Positions 8,872-18,131 of a DNA stretch of 32,118 bases are shown here, piece after piece. Positions within the stretch are counted from its first letter, which is position 1. Every line of letters starts with the position of its first letter. The translations under genes and the position numbers were made by a program. The notes beneath the pieces were generated by a model. The model searched no databases, was not told the DNA's origin, and was given only the letters and a program-made list of their open reading frames with translations. The stretch is from Bacteroides sp. (lineage in GTDB: Bacteria > Bacteroidota > Bacteroidia > Bacteroidales > Muribaculaceae): the NCBI GenBank assembly GCA_014801595.1, contig JAAVDV010000030.1, positions 12,633-44,750 of the forward strand. The letters are read 5' to 3'.

Positions 8872-10236
8872 ATGAATTTCAAGAAACAACACTTTCTCCT
8901 TTCCGCCGTTCTCGGAGTCCTCACGATGGCTGCATGCGCATCGTGCGGCTCCGACAACGACGAGCCCACACCCGTCACCCCCGGCAATCCGTCCGCCGGG
9001 GGTGATGAAAAGGTGGAGCCGGCATCGACCGACATCATCTATGAAGCCAATCCCCGCTTCTTCGCCAAGACAGGCGCGCTGCGTGAGATCGAGAATCAGT
9101 TGCCGCGCATCTCCGGCATGGGATGCGACGTGCTCTGGCTTATGCCGATCTTCGAGCCGGGAGAGGTAAAGAGCGTAGGAAGCCCCTACTGCATCAAGGA
9201 CTATAAGAAAATCAATCCCGCCTACGGCACCGACGCCGACCTGAAATCGCTCATCGGCAAAGCCCATTCCCTCGGGATGAAAGTTATCCTTGACTGGGTG
9301 GCCAACCATACGAGCTTCGATAATACCTGGACAACATCCCACCCCGAACGCTACAAGAAGGATGCCAACGGCAATATCGCCGCAACAAAGGATTGGGCCG
9401 ACGTGGCTCAGCTCGACTATTCGGTGGCATCTACCGAAGAGGGAATGATCGACGCCATGGAATATTGGGTTAAGAATTTCGGTATCGACGGCTATCGCTG
9501 CGACTATGCCGAAGGTGTGCCCCATGATTTCTGGAAGAAGGCCATCACCGCTCTGCGCAAAATCGACCCGAAGCTGATAATGCTGGCCGAGACTTCGCAG
9601 AAGGGTTTCTATGAGGATGGCTTCGATATGATTTATGACTGGAGCTTCGCCCCCGACCTCGCAAAAGCTATGGGGAAAGGGAAGATAGCCTCTTTCGTCA
9701 ATGACGCGCGCACGACTATCACATCGCTGCCGGAAGGAAAGAGCATCCTCCGATATGCTTTCAACCATGACGTCGTTGCCGAAAATGAATTCGACCGCTA
9801 TTTCGGTTCCGCCGACGGTGTGAAGGCCGCCTACGCTCTGGCCGCCATGCTCGGGGGCACGCCGATGATATACTCCGGCATGGATGCCGACAACGTGAAG
9901 GGGAAACTCTCCTTCTTCAACTATTCTCCCCTCACATTCTCATCAACGCTGACCGCGGATTACTCCGCCATCGACGCCGCCTATAAGGAGACGGCCGATG
10001 TGCGCGGCGGGACATTCGCCGATTTCTCCAACGGCGACGTGGCAGGTTTCACCTATAAGGCCAACGGCAACACCCTGCTCGTGGTCGTGAACACCGCCAA
10101 TTCCGCCAAGAGCTATCGCACTCCCATACAGCTCTCGGGCGAAGTGATGGAGGATCTCCTGTCGGGCTCCGAGGATAAACTCCCCGTCAGCCTCGACCTT
10201 GAACCTTACGGATATAAATTTTATCTGAAAAGATGA
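8872..10236 (+). CDS. GH13 alpha-amylase lipoprotein
   Basis: Catalytic regions are intact: LDWVANH, DGYRCDYA, MLAE, FNHD. Lipoprotein signal MNFKKQHF...ACASC from ATG 8872, followed by a Pro-rich linker. Confidence 0.92.
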   Translation: MNFKKQHFLLSAVLGVLTMAACASCGSDNDEPTPVTPGNPSAGGDEKVEPASTDIIYEANPRFFAKTGALREIENQLPRISGMGCDVLWLMPIFEPGEVKSVGSPYCIKDYKKINPAYGTDADLKSLIGKAHSLGMKVILDWVANHTSFDNTWTTSHPERYKKDANGNIAATKDWADVAQLDYSVASTEEGMIDAMEYWVKNFGIDGYRCDYAEGVPHDFWKKAITALRKIDPKLIMLAETSQKGFYEDGFDMIYDWSFAPDLAKAMGKGKIASFVNDARTTITSLPEGKSILRYAFNHDVVAENEFDRYFGSADGVKAAYALAAMLGGTPMIYSGMDADNVKGKLSFFNYSPLTFSSTLTADYSAIDAAYKETADVRGGTFADFSNGDVAGFTYKANGNTLLVVVNTANSAKSYRTPIQLSGEVMEDLLSGSEDKLPVSLDLEPYGYKFYLKR

Positions 10237-12344
10237 AAACTACTGTTATTTTCTCTCTATTGTGCGTGGCAGGTGCCCTGCAGACGGGTGCCTCCGCGCA
10301 GAATATCTCATCACCGTCGGGCGACCTCAGCCTGACATTCGGCCTGACTCCCGAAGGACAACCCACATATTCGCTCGATTATAAGGGGAAGAATCTCGTG
10401 AACCGCAGCCGTCTCGGTCTGAAAGGTGATGAGCGTGACTTCACGGAGGGTTTTGAAATCGTATCGGTCGACACTCTCTCTACCGACCGCACATGGCAAC
10501 CCGTATGGGGTGAATACGCCGAAATCCGCGATAATTTCCGCGAGATGGCCGTCAATCTCAAGGCTGACAAGCCGGAGCGCGAGATGACAGTGCGCTTCCG
10601 TCTCTTCGACGACGGACTCGGTTTCCGCTATGAGTTTCCCAAACAACAGCAGGGTTCATATCTGACTCTCAAGGATGAGGCCACGGAATTCAATTTCAAC
10701 GGCGACCACAAGCTTTTCTGTATCCCCGGCGATTATGACACCGACGAATATCTATGGTCGGAGACCACCTTCAGCAGTCTGCCGGAAGCTATGGGCAACT
10801 ACCATCGCCATTCCGAAGCTCAGCGCACGGGGGGAAATACTATCCAGACTCCGATGCTGCTGAAGACCGACGACCCGGTCTATGTCAACGTCCATGAGGC
10901 CGCGCTGGTCAATTACCCCGCGATGCTCCTCGACGTCGACACGCAGGAGAACAACATGAAGGCTCATCTCGTGCCTGACCGTCTCGGCGTGGCAGGATAC
11001 CTCCAGTATCCTTTCCAGACACCCTGGCGCACTCTCATCGTCAGCGACGATGCCCGCGATATACTCGCCTCACAGCTTATCCTCAACCTCAACGAGCCTT
11101 GCGCGATTGAGGATACCTCATGGATCAAACCCATGAAATTCATGGGTGTATGGTGGGAGATGTTCACCGGAAATCAGAAGACCTGGGCTTATTCCGACGA
11201 TTATCTCGCCAAACCGGGTGTGACCGATTATACGACCCTCAAACCCAACGGCCGCCATCCCGCCAATACGGCCAACGTGAAGAAGTATATCGACTTCGCC
11301 GCTGACCACGGCATAGAGGGTGTGCTCGTGGAGGGTTGGAACGAAGGTTGGGAAGACTGGGCAAGCTATCGCAAGAACCGCCAGTTCCTCTTTGACAAGG
11401 CGTATCCCGACTTCGATGTCGACGAGCTCCGCGACTATGCGGCCTCAAAGGGTGTGAAGCTTATAATGCACCATGAGACCGCCGCCAACGCCGCTGACTA
11501 TGCCCTTCAGCTCGACCGCGCTTTTCAGTTTATGAAAGATAACGGCTACGATGCCGTGAAGACCGGTTATGTCGGGGCGATTATCCCACGTTCGGAACAT
11601 CACACGTCGCAGTGGATGGTCGACCATGTTCTTGACGTAGCCAAGCGTGCAGCCGACTATAAGATTATGGTCGACAGTCACGAGGCTCCCCGTCCTACCG
11701 GACTCTGCCGCACATGGCCCAACTGGCTTGCACAGGAGTCAGCCCGTGGCGGTGAGTTCGAGTCAATGGGTGGCAATCCCCCCTCGCATACCGCGCTCCT
11801 CCCCTTCACCCGTCTGAAGGGTGGTCCGATGGACTACACGCCCGGTCTCTTCGAGACACGTCTCAGCTATTACAACGAGGGTAAGGATTCGCAGGCAGGC
11901 ACAACCCTCGCGCGTCAGCTCGCCCTCTATCTGACGATGCCCTCGCCGATGCAGATGGCCTGTGACCTCCCGGAGAACTACGAGCGTTTCCCCGACGCAT
12001 TCCAGTTCATCGAGGATGTACCCGTAGACTGGAGCGACTCCCGCTATCTCGAAGCCGAACCTGCGCGTTTCATCACCGTGGCCCGTCAGGACAAGCATTC
12101 CGACGACTGGTATGTCGGAGCAATCACGGATGAGACACCCCGCACGGCTGTGATCGATCTTTCGTTCCTCCCCAAAGGTCGGAAATTCGAGGCCACCATC
12201 TATGAGGATGCTCCCGACGCCGATTGGAAAACCAATCCGCAGGCCTACCGCATCCGTACTCAGAAGGTCGACTCCAAGAGCGTGCTCCGTCAGCCCCTCG
12301 CCTCAGGCGGCGGTGCGGCCATCCGCCTCACCCCTGTCCGCTAA
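10233..12344 (+). CDS. susB: GH97 alpha-glucosidase/glucoamylase
   Basis: Motifs GVWWEM, VLVEGWNEGW, MHHET, VKTGYVG, ESARGGE and GPMDYTPG; ATGA overlap with the amylase stop. Confidence 0.95.
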   Translation: MKTTVIFSLLCVAGALQTGASAQNISSPSGDLSLTFGLTPEGQPTYSLDYKGKNLVNRSRLGLKGDERDFTEGFEIVSVDTLSTDRTWQPVWGEYAEIRDNFREMAVNLKADKPEREMTVRFRLFDDGLGFRYEFPKQQQGSYLTLKDEATEFNFNGDHKLFCIPGDYDTDEYLWSETTFSSLPEAMGNYHRHSEAQRTGGNTIQTPMLLKTDDPVYVNVHEAALVNYPAMLLDVDTQENNMKAHLVPDRLGVAGYLQYPFQTPWRTLIVSDDARDILASQLILNLNEPCAIEDTSWIKPMKFMGVWWEMFTGNQKTWAYSDDYLAKPGVTDYTTLKPNGRHPANTANVKKYIDFAADHGIEGVLVEGWNEGWEDWASYRKNRQFLFDKAYPDFDVDELRDYAASKGVKLIMHHETAANAADYALQLDRAFQFMKDNGYDAVKTGYVGAIIPRSEHHTSQWMVDHVLDVAKRAADYKIMVDSHEAPRPTGLCRTWPNWLAQESARGGEFESMGGNPPSHTALLPFTRLKGGPMDYTPGLFETRLSYYNEGKDSQAGTTLARQLALYLTMPSPMQMACDLPENYERFPDAFQFIEDVPVDWSDSRYLEAEPARFITVARQDKHSDDWYVGAITDETPRTAVIDLSFLPKGRKFEATIYEDAPDADWKTNPQAYRIRTQKVDSKSVLRQPLASGGGAAIRLTPVR

Positions 12345-12477
12345 GAGAGTGTTAAATCAAACACTCTCCCAGAATCAATTCGTATTTTGCAAACTTAATC
12401 ATAGAGTTAGTGAGTTAGTATCAAGTAAGCAAGAATCGCATTTCACACACACACGAATCAATAGTTCTACATTTCCT

Positions 12478-12517
12478 GTCGTCGGTCCGGCGTGGTGCCG
12501 TGCCGACGATCTTTTTT
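12478..12517 (+). terminator. Intrinsic terminator of the PUL
   Basis: GTCGTCGGTCCGGC...GCCGTGCCGACGAT stem followed by CTTTTTT. Confidence 0.7.
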
Positions 12518-12564
12518 ATATCTACACATCAGCTCCGGCCATCGGAATTTATGTAAAGGTTTTG

Positions 12565-12633
12565 GTCAAAAGACCATAGACCACAGTTCCATAGGGTTTA
12601 TTTCCTTGGTTCTATGGTCTTTGGTCTTTTGAC
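12565..12633. repeat. Palindromic 7-mer-periodic repeat, copy 1
   Basis: GTCAAAAGACCATAGACCACAG...CTATGGTCTTTGGTCTTTTGAC; aligns along its length with 15417-15486. Confidence 0.85.
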
Positions 12634-12659
12634 TGCCTCTTTGGCGCTATGGACAATGA

Positions 12660-13706
12660 TTAGAAGAAAAGCATTATGCCTGTGGAAAGGGTCGAGAATG
12701 AGAGCCCGGCTGACTTTTTCATCATCTGCATCGGAGAATACCGCACGTAAAGAGCAATAGGGCTATAATGTACGACACCAAGAAAATCCACTGTCACCGG
12801 ACGCTGCCCGATATGTCGCGTCACAACCGAATAGTCGCTGTCCCCGATACGGTAAGAGGTCTGGAGATGCCCGGTAACGTTGAAATTGACGACAGGTCCG
12901 ACTGCAAACCCGAACCTACGTGCGCGTCCAAGCTGCAAATCATAAAGCACGGGCACCTGCAGGCTGAAGAATCGGAGTGAAGAGGCCCCCCTCTCCTGCA
13001 TCTCAGAGAAGGGTTGTGTAGATATCCGGCCGTCAGCCTCTTTATTGAAATAATGACCTTTTTTTAAGCTGAACCACTTGCCATCAAGACCAAGGCCGGC
13101 GGAGACCGAATGGCAACCGTAATTCCATTTGACACCGGCAAGTATCGTCCAACTGAGCTCCAGGCTTTTCCCCATCGCCACATCAAGCCCTGACGGGGCA
13201 TTAAGTGGAGTCGCCCAGCCGAGACCGAGACCGAATGATACGAAATCCCACCGGTGATTCCCCTTACGGTTTAGGCTGAGGTTCACCCCCTGATAGGGAT
13301 TACGCACACCGGTATAAGAGGAAACAAAGCGGTTATCGGGGTCCGGTATATCGAAACTCAGGACATTCGGCACGTCAGTCTCACCCTTGAACGAGATAAT
13401 AAGCACCCGGTTATCCTGCTCAACGACGTTGATATCTTTTAAATCTTGATATTGTGCCATATAACTCAGGTTGTCATCGTGGCCGCCTGTCTCTTCAAGT
13501 CCTGTATTGTAGTAATAATTTTCCGCTCCGTTGTCAAATTTCTCGATAACGACGGAGATATTTTCGTTATTGGAGGTGATACGCAGAGCTTTTGCCGAGG
13601 AAGCTGAGAATACGGTGTCACAGTTCTCCGTCTGTGCATATCCGCATATCGCAAAAGACAAGATAGATAAGACGATAAGGATAAGTCTTATATTAAAAGA
13701 TTTCAT
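12660..13706 (-). CDS. Outer-membrane beta-barrel protein (PorT/OMP-barrel-like C-terminal domain)
   Basis: Signal peptide from ATG 13706 (MKSFNIRL...GYAQ); LQVPVL strand motif; ends GIMLFF. Confidence 0.75.
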   Translation of the reverse strand: MKSFNIRLILIVLSILSFAICGYAQTENCDTVFSASSAKALRITSNNENISVVIEKFDNGAENYYYNTGLEETGGHDDNLSYMAQYQDLKDINVVEQDNRVLIISFKGETDVPNVLSFDIPDPDNRFVSSYTGVRNPYQGVNLSLNRKGNHRWDFVSFGLGLGWATPLNAPSGLDVAMGKSLELSWTILAGVKWNYGCHSVSAGLGLDGKWFSLKKGHYFNKEADGRISTQPFSEMQERGASSLRFFSLQVPVLYDLQLGRARRFGFAVGPVVNFNVTGHLQTSYRIGDSDYSVVTRHIGQRPVTVDFLGVVHYSPIALYVRYSPMQMMKKSAGLSFSTLSTGIMLFF

Positions 13707-13734
13707 AATGTTCAGTGTTGTGATAGTTGGATTT

Positions 13735-14232
13735 TTATTTAGCTTTCTTGGCAAGAGATTGTATAAGGTCGGCGGCATCCTGCTCGGACAAGGTCCCCTC
13801 AAGATAAAGGATCAGTACGTTGCCCCCTCCACCTACCGCATTGTTCAGGTAATAGATGTAACGATTTAGTTTCTTGCCATTGACGTTGACCGGCTTGAGA
13901 TTGAAAAGCGCAAAGTACAGTTTCCCCTCGAGATAGCGCACATTCTTACCGATGGCTTTTGCCCCGTCGGATAACACAAGATGCTCTGCCTCCTGCCTGT
14001 ATACGGCAGCCGGACCCTTGAAAGAAGCAAATACCGTAAGACGGTGACTCTGCAGGAATTTGTTTTTTCCGCTTATCATGGTTTCGGACACCTTCGGATC
14101 ATCGGCATACCTTCCGTTGAATATCCGGTTGATTTCCAATCCTGACTGGGCATAGCCCGGCAGTGACACGGCAAGCCAAAGGAATAGGGTTATCAGTAAA
14201 CGGTTCATAATTATAGTATTATACGGTTTCAT
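13735..14232 (-). CDS. Periplasmic protein, DUF6108-like
   Basis: Signal peptide ending AQ; QSGLEINRIF and RYIYY...LILYLEG motifs. ATGA overlap with the upstream gene; alternative start at 14208. Confidence 0.6.
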   Translation of the reverse strand: MKPYNTIIMNRLLITLFLWLAVSLPGYAQSGLEINRIFNGRYADDPKVSETMISGKNKFLQSHRLTVFASFKGPAAVYRQEAEHLVLSDGAKAIGKNVRYLEGKLYFALFNLKPVNVNGKKLNRYIYYLNNAVGGGGNVLILYLEGTLSEQDAADLIQSLAKKAK

Positions 14233-14756
14233 AATAGAGGGTCGAACTGAGACTCGAAACAGAGGGCCGCCGGAGCAAGGGTCTCCATGTCATCTGTGAT
14301 ATCACTCCGGTTCCCGTCAAGGCAAGCGTTCAGTTCTTTCATATCTTCGCAGATGATCCTGAGCACTTCATCCTCCTCAACGATACGCGTGCCATTGACA
14401 TAGGCGAAGCATCTATCATCAGCAACCCGTGATGCAGTCAGACCCTTTATTCCTATCACCACTCCCCCGGTCAATGCGATTGCAACTGCTATGCCGGCGA
14501 TCCGATTCCACACATGATGCCTTGACGTCGAAGCCGGAGCAGTGTTCGCCACGGTACGGCCGGACCTGATAGTAGTGAAGCCCATCACCGCCCTCGCCTC
14601 ATCAAGAATCGGGTGAGAGAATGTAGCGGAAGCCACTCTTCTCATCAACAATTTCTCCTCATCATCCGTAAGCAGACAGTCGAAGTATCGGCTTATATCC
14701 TCAAGCAACAATTTATCGGAATTTCCGGGGTGGGATTTATCTTCATTCTTTACCAT
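14229..14756 (-). CDS. Putative anti-sigma factor
   Basis: RYFDCLLTDDEE N-terminal anti-sigma-like motif, a single TM segment, and CFAYVNG; directly downstream of the ECF sigma. Confidence 0.7.
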   Translation of the reverse strand: MVKNEDKSHPGNSDKLLLEDISRYFDCLLTDDEEKLLMRRVASATFSHPILDEARAVMGFTTIRSGRTVANTAPASTSRHHVWNRIAGIAVAIALTGGVVIGIKGLTASRVADDRCFAYVNGTRIVEEDEVLRIICEDMKELNACLDGNRSDITDDMETLAPAALCFESQFDPLL

Positions 14757-14766
14757 AATGCCTGTA

Positions 14767-15267
14767 TTAAGGGTTCATACTTCGGTAGGTATCTCTTATC
14801 TGCTTACGCGCCCGACTAAGGATTTTGCGCACGTTGGTTTCTGAGAGGTCAAGCCGCTCCGCCACTTCCGCATACGGAATCTCATCGACGTCGTGGAGGA
14901 TGAACACTTCATATTGCAGTGGTTTGAGCACTCTCTTGGCGAGCTTTATGAGCTCATGGCAAAGTTCACGGTCGGATTCAGCATTCTTTTCAGAAACCGG
15001 CAAATCGACAGATTCGGAAGTGATGCTCACCTGCGGATGTACGCGCTGTCTACGAAAAGCGTCAATCGCCGTATTACGTACTACCGTATAAGAGAGACGT
15101 TCAGCCGCCAAGTCGTCAGCGACCTCCCTATGGTTGGTCCATAGTTTGCAGAAAGCCTCATGCAGCACATCCTCGGCATCCTCCGGACTTCCGACGATGC
15201 CCGCAGCCATGCCGCGCAAGCGGACACGTATCCGGATGAAGGCAGATGTGATGCGAGACTTTTCCAC
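14767..15267 (-). CDS. ECF RNA polymerase sigma-70 factor
   Basis: Region 2 DAEDVLHEAFCKLW and region 4 YAEVAERLDLSETNVRKILSRARK; GTG start. Confidence 0.93.
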   Translation of the reverse strand: MEKSRITSAFIRIRVRLRGMAAGIVGSPEDAEDVLHEAFCKLWTNHREVADDLAAERLSYTVVRNTAIDAFRRQRVHPQVSITSESVDLPVSEKNAESDRELCHELIKLAKRVLKPLQYEVFILHDVDEIPYAEVAERLDLSETNVRKILSRARKQIRDTYRSMNP

Positions 15268-15326
15268 AGATAGAGATTTTTATTAATAGAGATTTTCAGT
15301 CCTTACGGCCCGAAATCCGTAAAGAT

Positions 15327-15352
15327 AACGATACCAAGTAGAGTCTGTGACA
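15327..15352 (-). promoter_or_regulatory. Candidate ECF autoregulatory promoter
   Basis: Minus-strand TGTCACA-N15-CGTT upstream of the sigma gene; a TATTTTTG primary-sigma -7 box also lies at 15368-15361. Confidence 0.45.
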
Positions 15353-15416
15353 AAAATCTGCAAAAATATATCCTTTTAGTCAATGCCTATCCGTAGTCCA
15401 TAGACACTAAATTGGG

Positions 15417-15486
15417 GTCCATAGACCAGAGACCACAGTTCCATAGATTATATTTCCTTTGGCTCTATGGTCTCTGGTCTTTGGAC
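15417..15486. repeat. Palindromic 7-mer-periodic repeat, copy 2
   Basis: GTCCATAGACCAGAGACCACAG...CTATGGTCTCTGGTCTTTGGAC; same orientation as copy 1. Confidence 0.85.
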
Positions 15487-15512
15487 AACCACCTTTGGTT
15501 CTATAAACTCTC

Positions 15513-15545
15513 CTTATCCTGCCGCGCTCCGCGCAGCAGGATAGG
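15513..15545. terminator. GC-rich stem-loop, possible terminator for the 15687-16565 gene
   Basis: CTTATCCTGC-CGCG-CTC-CGCG-CA-GCAGGATAGG inverted repeat; no clear U-tract. Confidence 0.4.
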
Positions 15546-15686
15546 CTTGCGAACTGACCGGGTTTTCCAATCGAGAAGGTAAGAATCGACTAAGCGGGGA
15601 TAATACATAGACAACGCATTGATAATTACCCTGCAAAGGGAATAATTTCAAATTATCCAAACAATTAAGGCAAAGAAAACACTCAA

Positions 15687-16565
15687 TCAAAGAAAAGAGA
15701 ATTCATAGCCATTCTCATAAAGCCATGCAACGGCATCCTTGAAATTCCTAAGATTATTGTTTTTGCTGAATTGGTGGTATATGTGCTTGGCCATGCCGAC
15801 GACTCCTTCGGCATGAGTCAATCCGAGCGCCCAATGATGCGTGAATAACACCAAGGTATCCGCTTCACATCTCTTCTCCAGCGCGCTACGGATGTCGACA
15901 CGATTCTCAGTCCGGAGATCCGTGCGCAGGTATAACCGGTCATTTTTCCTCAGTCGCCCCCGAGTCCATACGGTCGACGCCTCATCAGTATCGAGATCAT
16001 ATGACACCCGGCCATCGCTATCGGCGCACAACAGGGTATGCACGCCATCCAACTGATTCAGAAGGGAATCCGGGGAATAGTAATAATGTACGCGCAACGC
16101 CGTGGCAAGCATGGTGCTGTCAGCAAAATCCCCGATGGCATTCCTCACCATATCATACCCCCTCTTGAACTCCGACACCGTTATATCCTCGCTGAATTGA
16201 GGTGCGGGCCAATGGTAGCCTATCCTGAGCCATGAGGAGCAGTCACGGAATTCATCCCGGAATTTCAAAGGAACGGATGTAATCTTAAGTCGCCCCTCCT
16301 TCAGCGTCGGATATGTGTACAATGTGAATTTGGCACCATATTCCTCATGCAGTTCACGAAGCAGGGCGAAGAGCGGCTCATCGAACAATGAGTCATATCT
16401 CTCCTCATTCTCGACAAGAGCTCCCCATGCCTCTACATCATCGATACTGACATGGACAATCTTACCTGACTTCTCCGGCTTTGCCGGATCGGAGGTAGCG
16501 CATCCGGTCATAAGGAGGAGCACTATAACCGAAACAAGCAACTTATCTATAATTGATGTAAGCAT
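15687..16565 (-). CDS. Lipoprotein with a polysaccharide deacetylase (CE4/NodB)-like fold
   Basis: Lipobox MTGC; HVSIDD, AKFTLY, RIGYH, LRVHYY and LFTH follow CE4-like motif order. A TAAATTTG box lies at 16653-16646. Confidence 0.55.
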   Translation of the reverse strand: MLTSIIDKLLVSVIVLLLMTGCATSDPAKPEKSGKIVHVSIDDVEAWGALVENEERYDSLFDEPLFALLRELHEEYGAKFTLYTYPTLKEGRLKITSVPLKFRDEFRDCSSWLRIGYHWPAPQFSEDITVSEFKRGYDMVRNAIGDFADSTMLATALRVHYYYSPDSLLNQLDGVHTLLCADSDGRVSYDLDTDEASTVWTRGRLRKNDRLYLRTDLRTENRVDIRSALEKRCEADTLVLFTHHWALGLTHAEGVVGMAKHIYHQFSKNNNLRNFKDAVAWLYENGYEFSFL

Positions 16566-16761
16566 AAGAATAATTATCCGATTAAAGAAAGTTTTGAGCA
16601 GACATGACCGAGAATCAATATGCGATGCCGAGAATCGCGGCAGAACAAATTTAACGATTTATCATGAATCCCACAATTTTTCCAAAAAATTTTCAGTACC
16701 TAAGGTAGGTCATATACTATAGGAAGAGGTGTAATTTATAGATGAAGTATGCGTTATAGGG

Positions 16762-17724
16762 ATGATGAGACATTTGACAATCTTTTTTTCAATTATTTCT
16801 CTCTTTTTTCTACCCTGTTGCACAGAGGAAACGGGTGAGGGTCCTTACGCCCGGGGTTACGTGCCGGAAGCTCCGGCTTATGACTCTCCGGAGATGTGGG
16901 TGACTTATCCGAATGATACCGACGGGAGGGGAGCCGACGTGTTCTATATCCCCTCCACGTGGGAATTCGATTGGACAACCCCGGAGGGTCTGATATGCCA
17001 TTACGCCGACCCCTCGCTCGCGCAACATCGTGCCGACATGAAAATCGAGATGGATGGTGTCGCCGATTATATGGCGGAGGGCAACAACTTCTTTTCTCCC
17101 TTCTACCGCCATATCACTCTCGACACCTGGGCGACTCTTGACGAGGATCTGATAAATGAGCGTTACAGCTCCGTGTCGTTTCTCGATGTTAAAAACGCGT
17201 TCGATTATTTCATAGAAAATTTCAATGACGGGCGCCCATTCATACTCGCCGGATTCAGCCAAGGTGGGAAATCTGTCGTGGAGCTTATGAAGGTCTTGCC
17301 TCCCGAGCAACGCGAGAGAATGGTGGCGGCATACGTTATGGGGTATAAGGTCACCCCCGCCGATCTCTCGACGGCACCTTGGATCAGGGGAGCGCAGGGT
17401 GCTGAGGATACCGGGGTCACGATCTGTTATAACTCCGTTTCCGATGTGAGATACGTCAAGCCAATCGTAGCTGCCCCGAATGAGTATTGCATAAACCCGG
17501 TCAACTGGCATACCGATGGAACCCCTGCTATACTGAACGACACTATAACCGTGACACTCGACCCTACACACAATGTACTCGTAGTCAGCGGCTACGACGG
17601 CTCATCCCTACCCAATATCCTCGATATACTGAATGTCGGCGACTACCATGGAGCCGAACCCTGGCTCTATAGCGACTGCCTCAGGGAAAATTTCAAACTG
17701 CGAATCCGGAAATTCCGCAAATGA
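16762..17724 (+). CDS. DUF3089-like alpha/beta hydrolase lipoprotein
   Basis: ADVFYIPST, SPFYRH, DVKNAFDYF..NDGRPFILAGFSQG nucleophile elbow, CINPVNW, GDYH. Confidence 0.85.
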   Translation: MMRHLTIFFSIISLFFLPCCTEETGEGPYARGYVPEAPAYDSPEMWVTYPNDTDGRGADVFYIPSTWEFDWTTPEGLICHYADPSLAQHRADMKIEMDGVADYMAEGNNFFSPFYRHITLDTWATLDEDLINERYSSVSFLDVKNAFDYFIENFNDGRPFILAGFSQGGKSVVELMKVLPPEQRERMVAAYVMGYKVTPADLSTAPWIRGAQGAEDTGVTICYNSVSDVRYVKPIVAAPNEYCINPVNWHTDGTPAILNDTITVTLDPTHNVLVVSGYDGSSLPNILDILNVGDYHGAEPWLYSDCLRENFKLRIRKFRK

Positions 17725-17735
17725 TATGAGACCTA
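17718..17735 (+). repeat. Left direct repeat of the AT-rich insert
   Basis: CAAATGATATGAGACCTA versus CAAAT-ATATGAGACCTA at 18256-18272. Confidence 0.7.
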
Positions 17736-17828
17736 TATTCTTTACGGTTGACTACTTCACCAACAACGTTTTATTGTAATCCGGTATAGCCTATACTAAA
17801 TCGCTCCCGCATGACTAATACCAACCTG

Positions 17829-18116
17829 TCACATAGGTCCTATCAGAGCTGTAACACCCAAAATTGTTATAAAGGCCATAATGACAATAATTCTTATCCA
17901 AACACTTTTGAATACTTTTCCTTTCCCCTTTTTAAATATCCAAAACAAGACATACCCTAAAAGTAAGTCCAGAACCACAGGCACGACTATACTTAATATC
18001 TGTACTGCATGATTACTCGCATAGAATACAGCGGGCCATATTCCTATTATCAACAGTGCCCCTATTGCTATTACAATGTTGCGTCCCGGAAAGCGAAATT
18101 TTTTAAAATCTTCCAT
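17829..18116 (-). CDS. Small AT-rich membrane protein (about 3 TM helices), function unknown
   Basis: Three hydrophobic segments with a Lys-rich loop; codon usage differs from the flanking genes. Confidence 0.7.
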   Translation of the reverse strand: MEDFKKFRFPGRNIVIAIGALLIIGIWPAVFYASNHAVQILSIVVPVVLDLLLGYVLFWIFKKGKGKVFKSVWIRIIVIMAFITILGVTALIGPM

Positions 18117-18131
18117 ACATATACCTTAAGC

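Noticed and set aside
7716-9768. 268-aa and 300-aa minus-strand ORFs
   Set aside because: Antisense shadows of the CBM lipoprotein and the amylase.
13707-13802. Extended N-terminus of the barrel ORF (likewise 8809 for GH13 and 5783 for SusD)
   Set aside because: The downstream ATGs give proper signal peptides; for the barrel and GH13 they also avoid overlap with the upstream gene.
12565-15486. Palindromic repeats as a CRISPR array or invertible-promoter repeats
   Set aside because: Only two copies about 2.8 kb apart, with no spacers, cas genes or invertase; the copies are direct overall.
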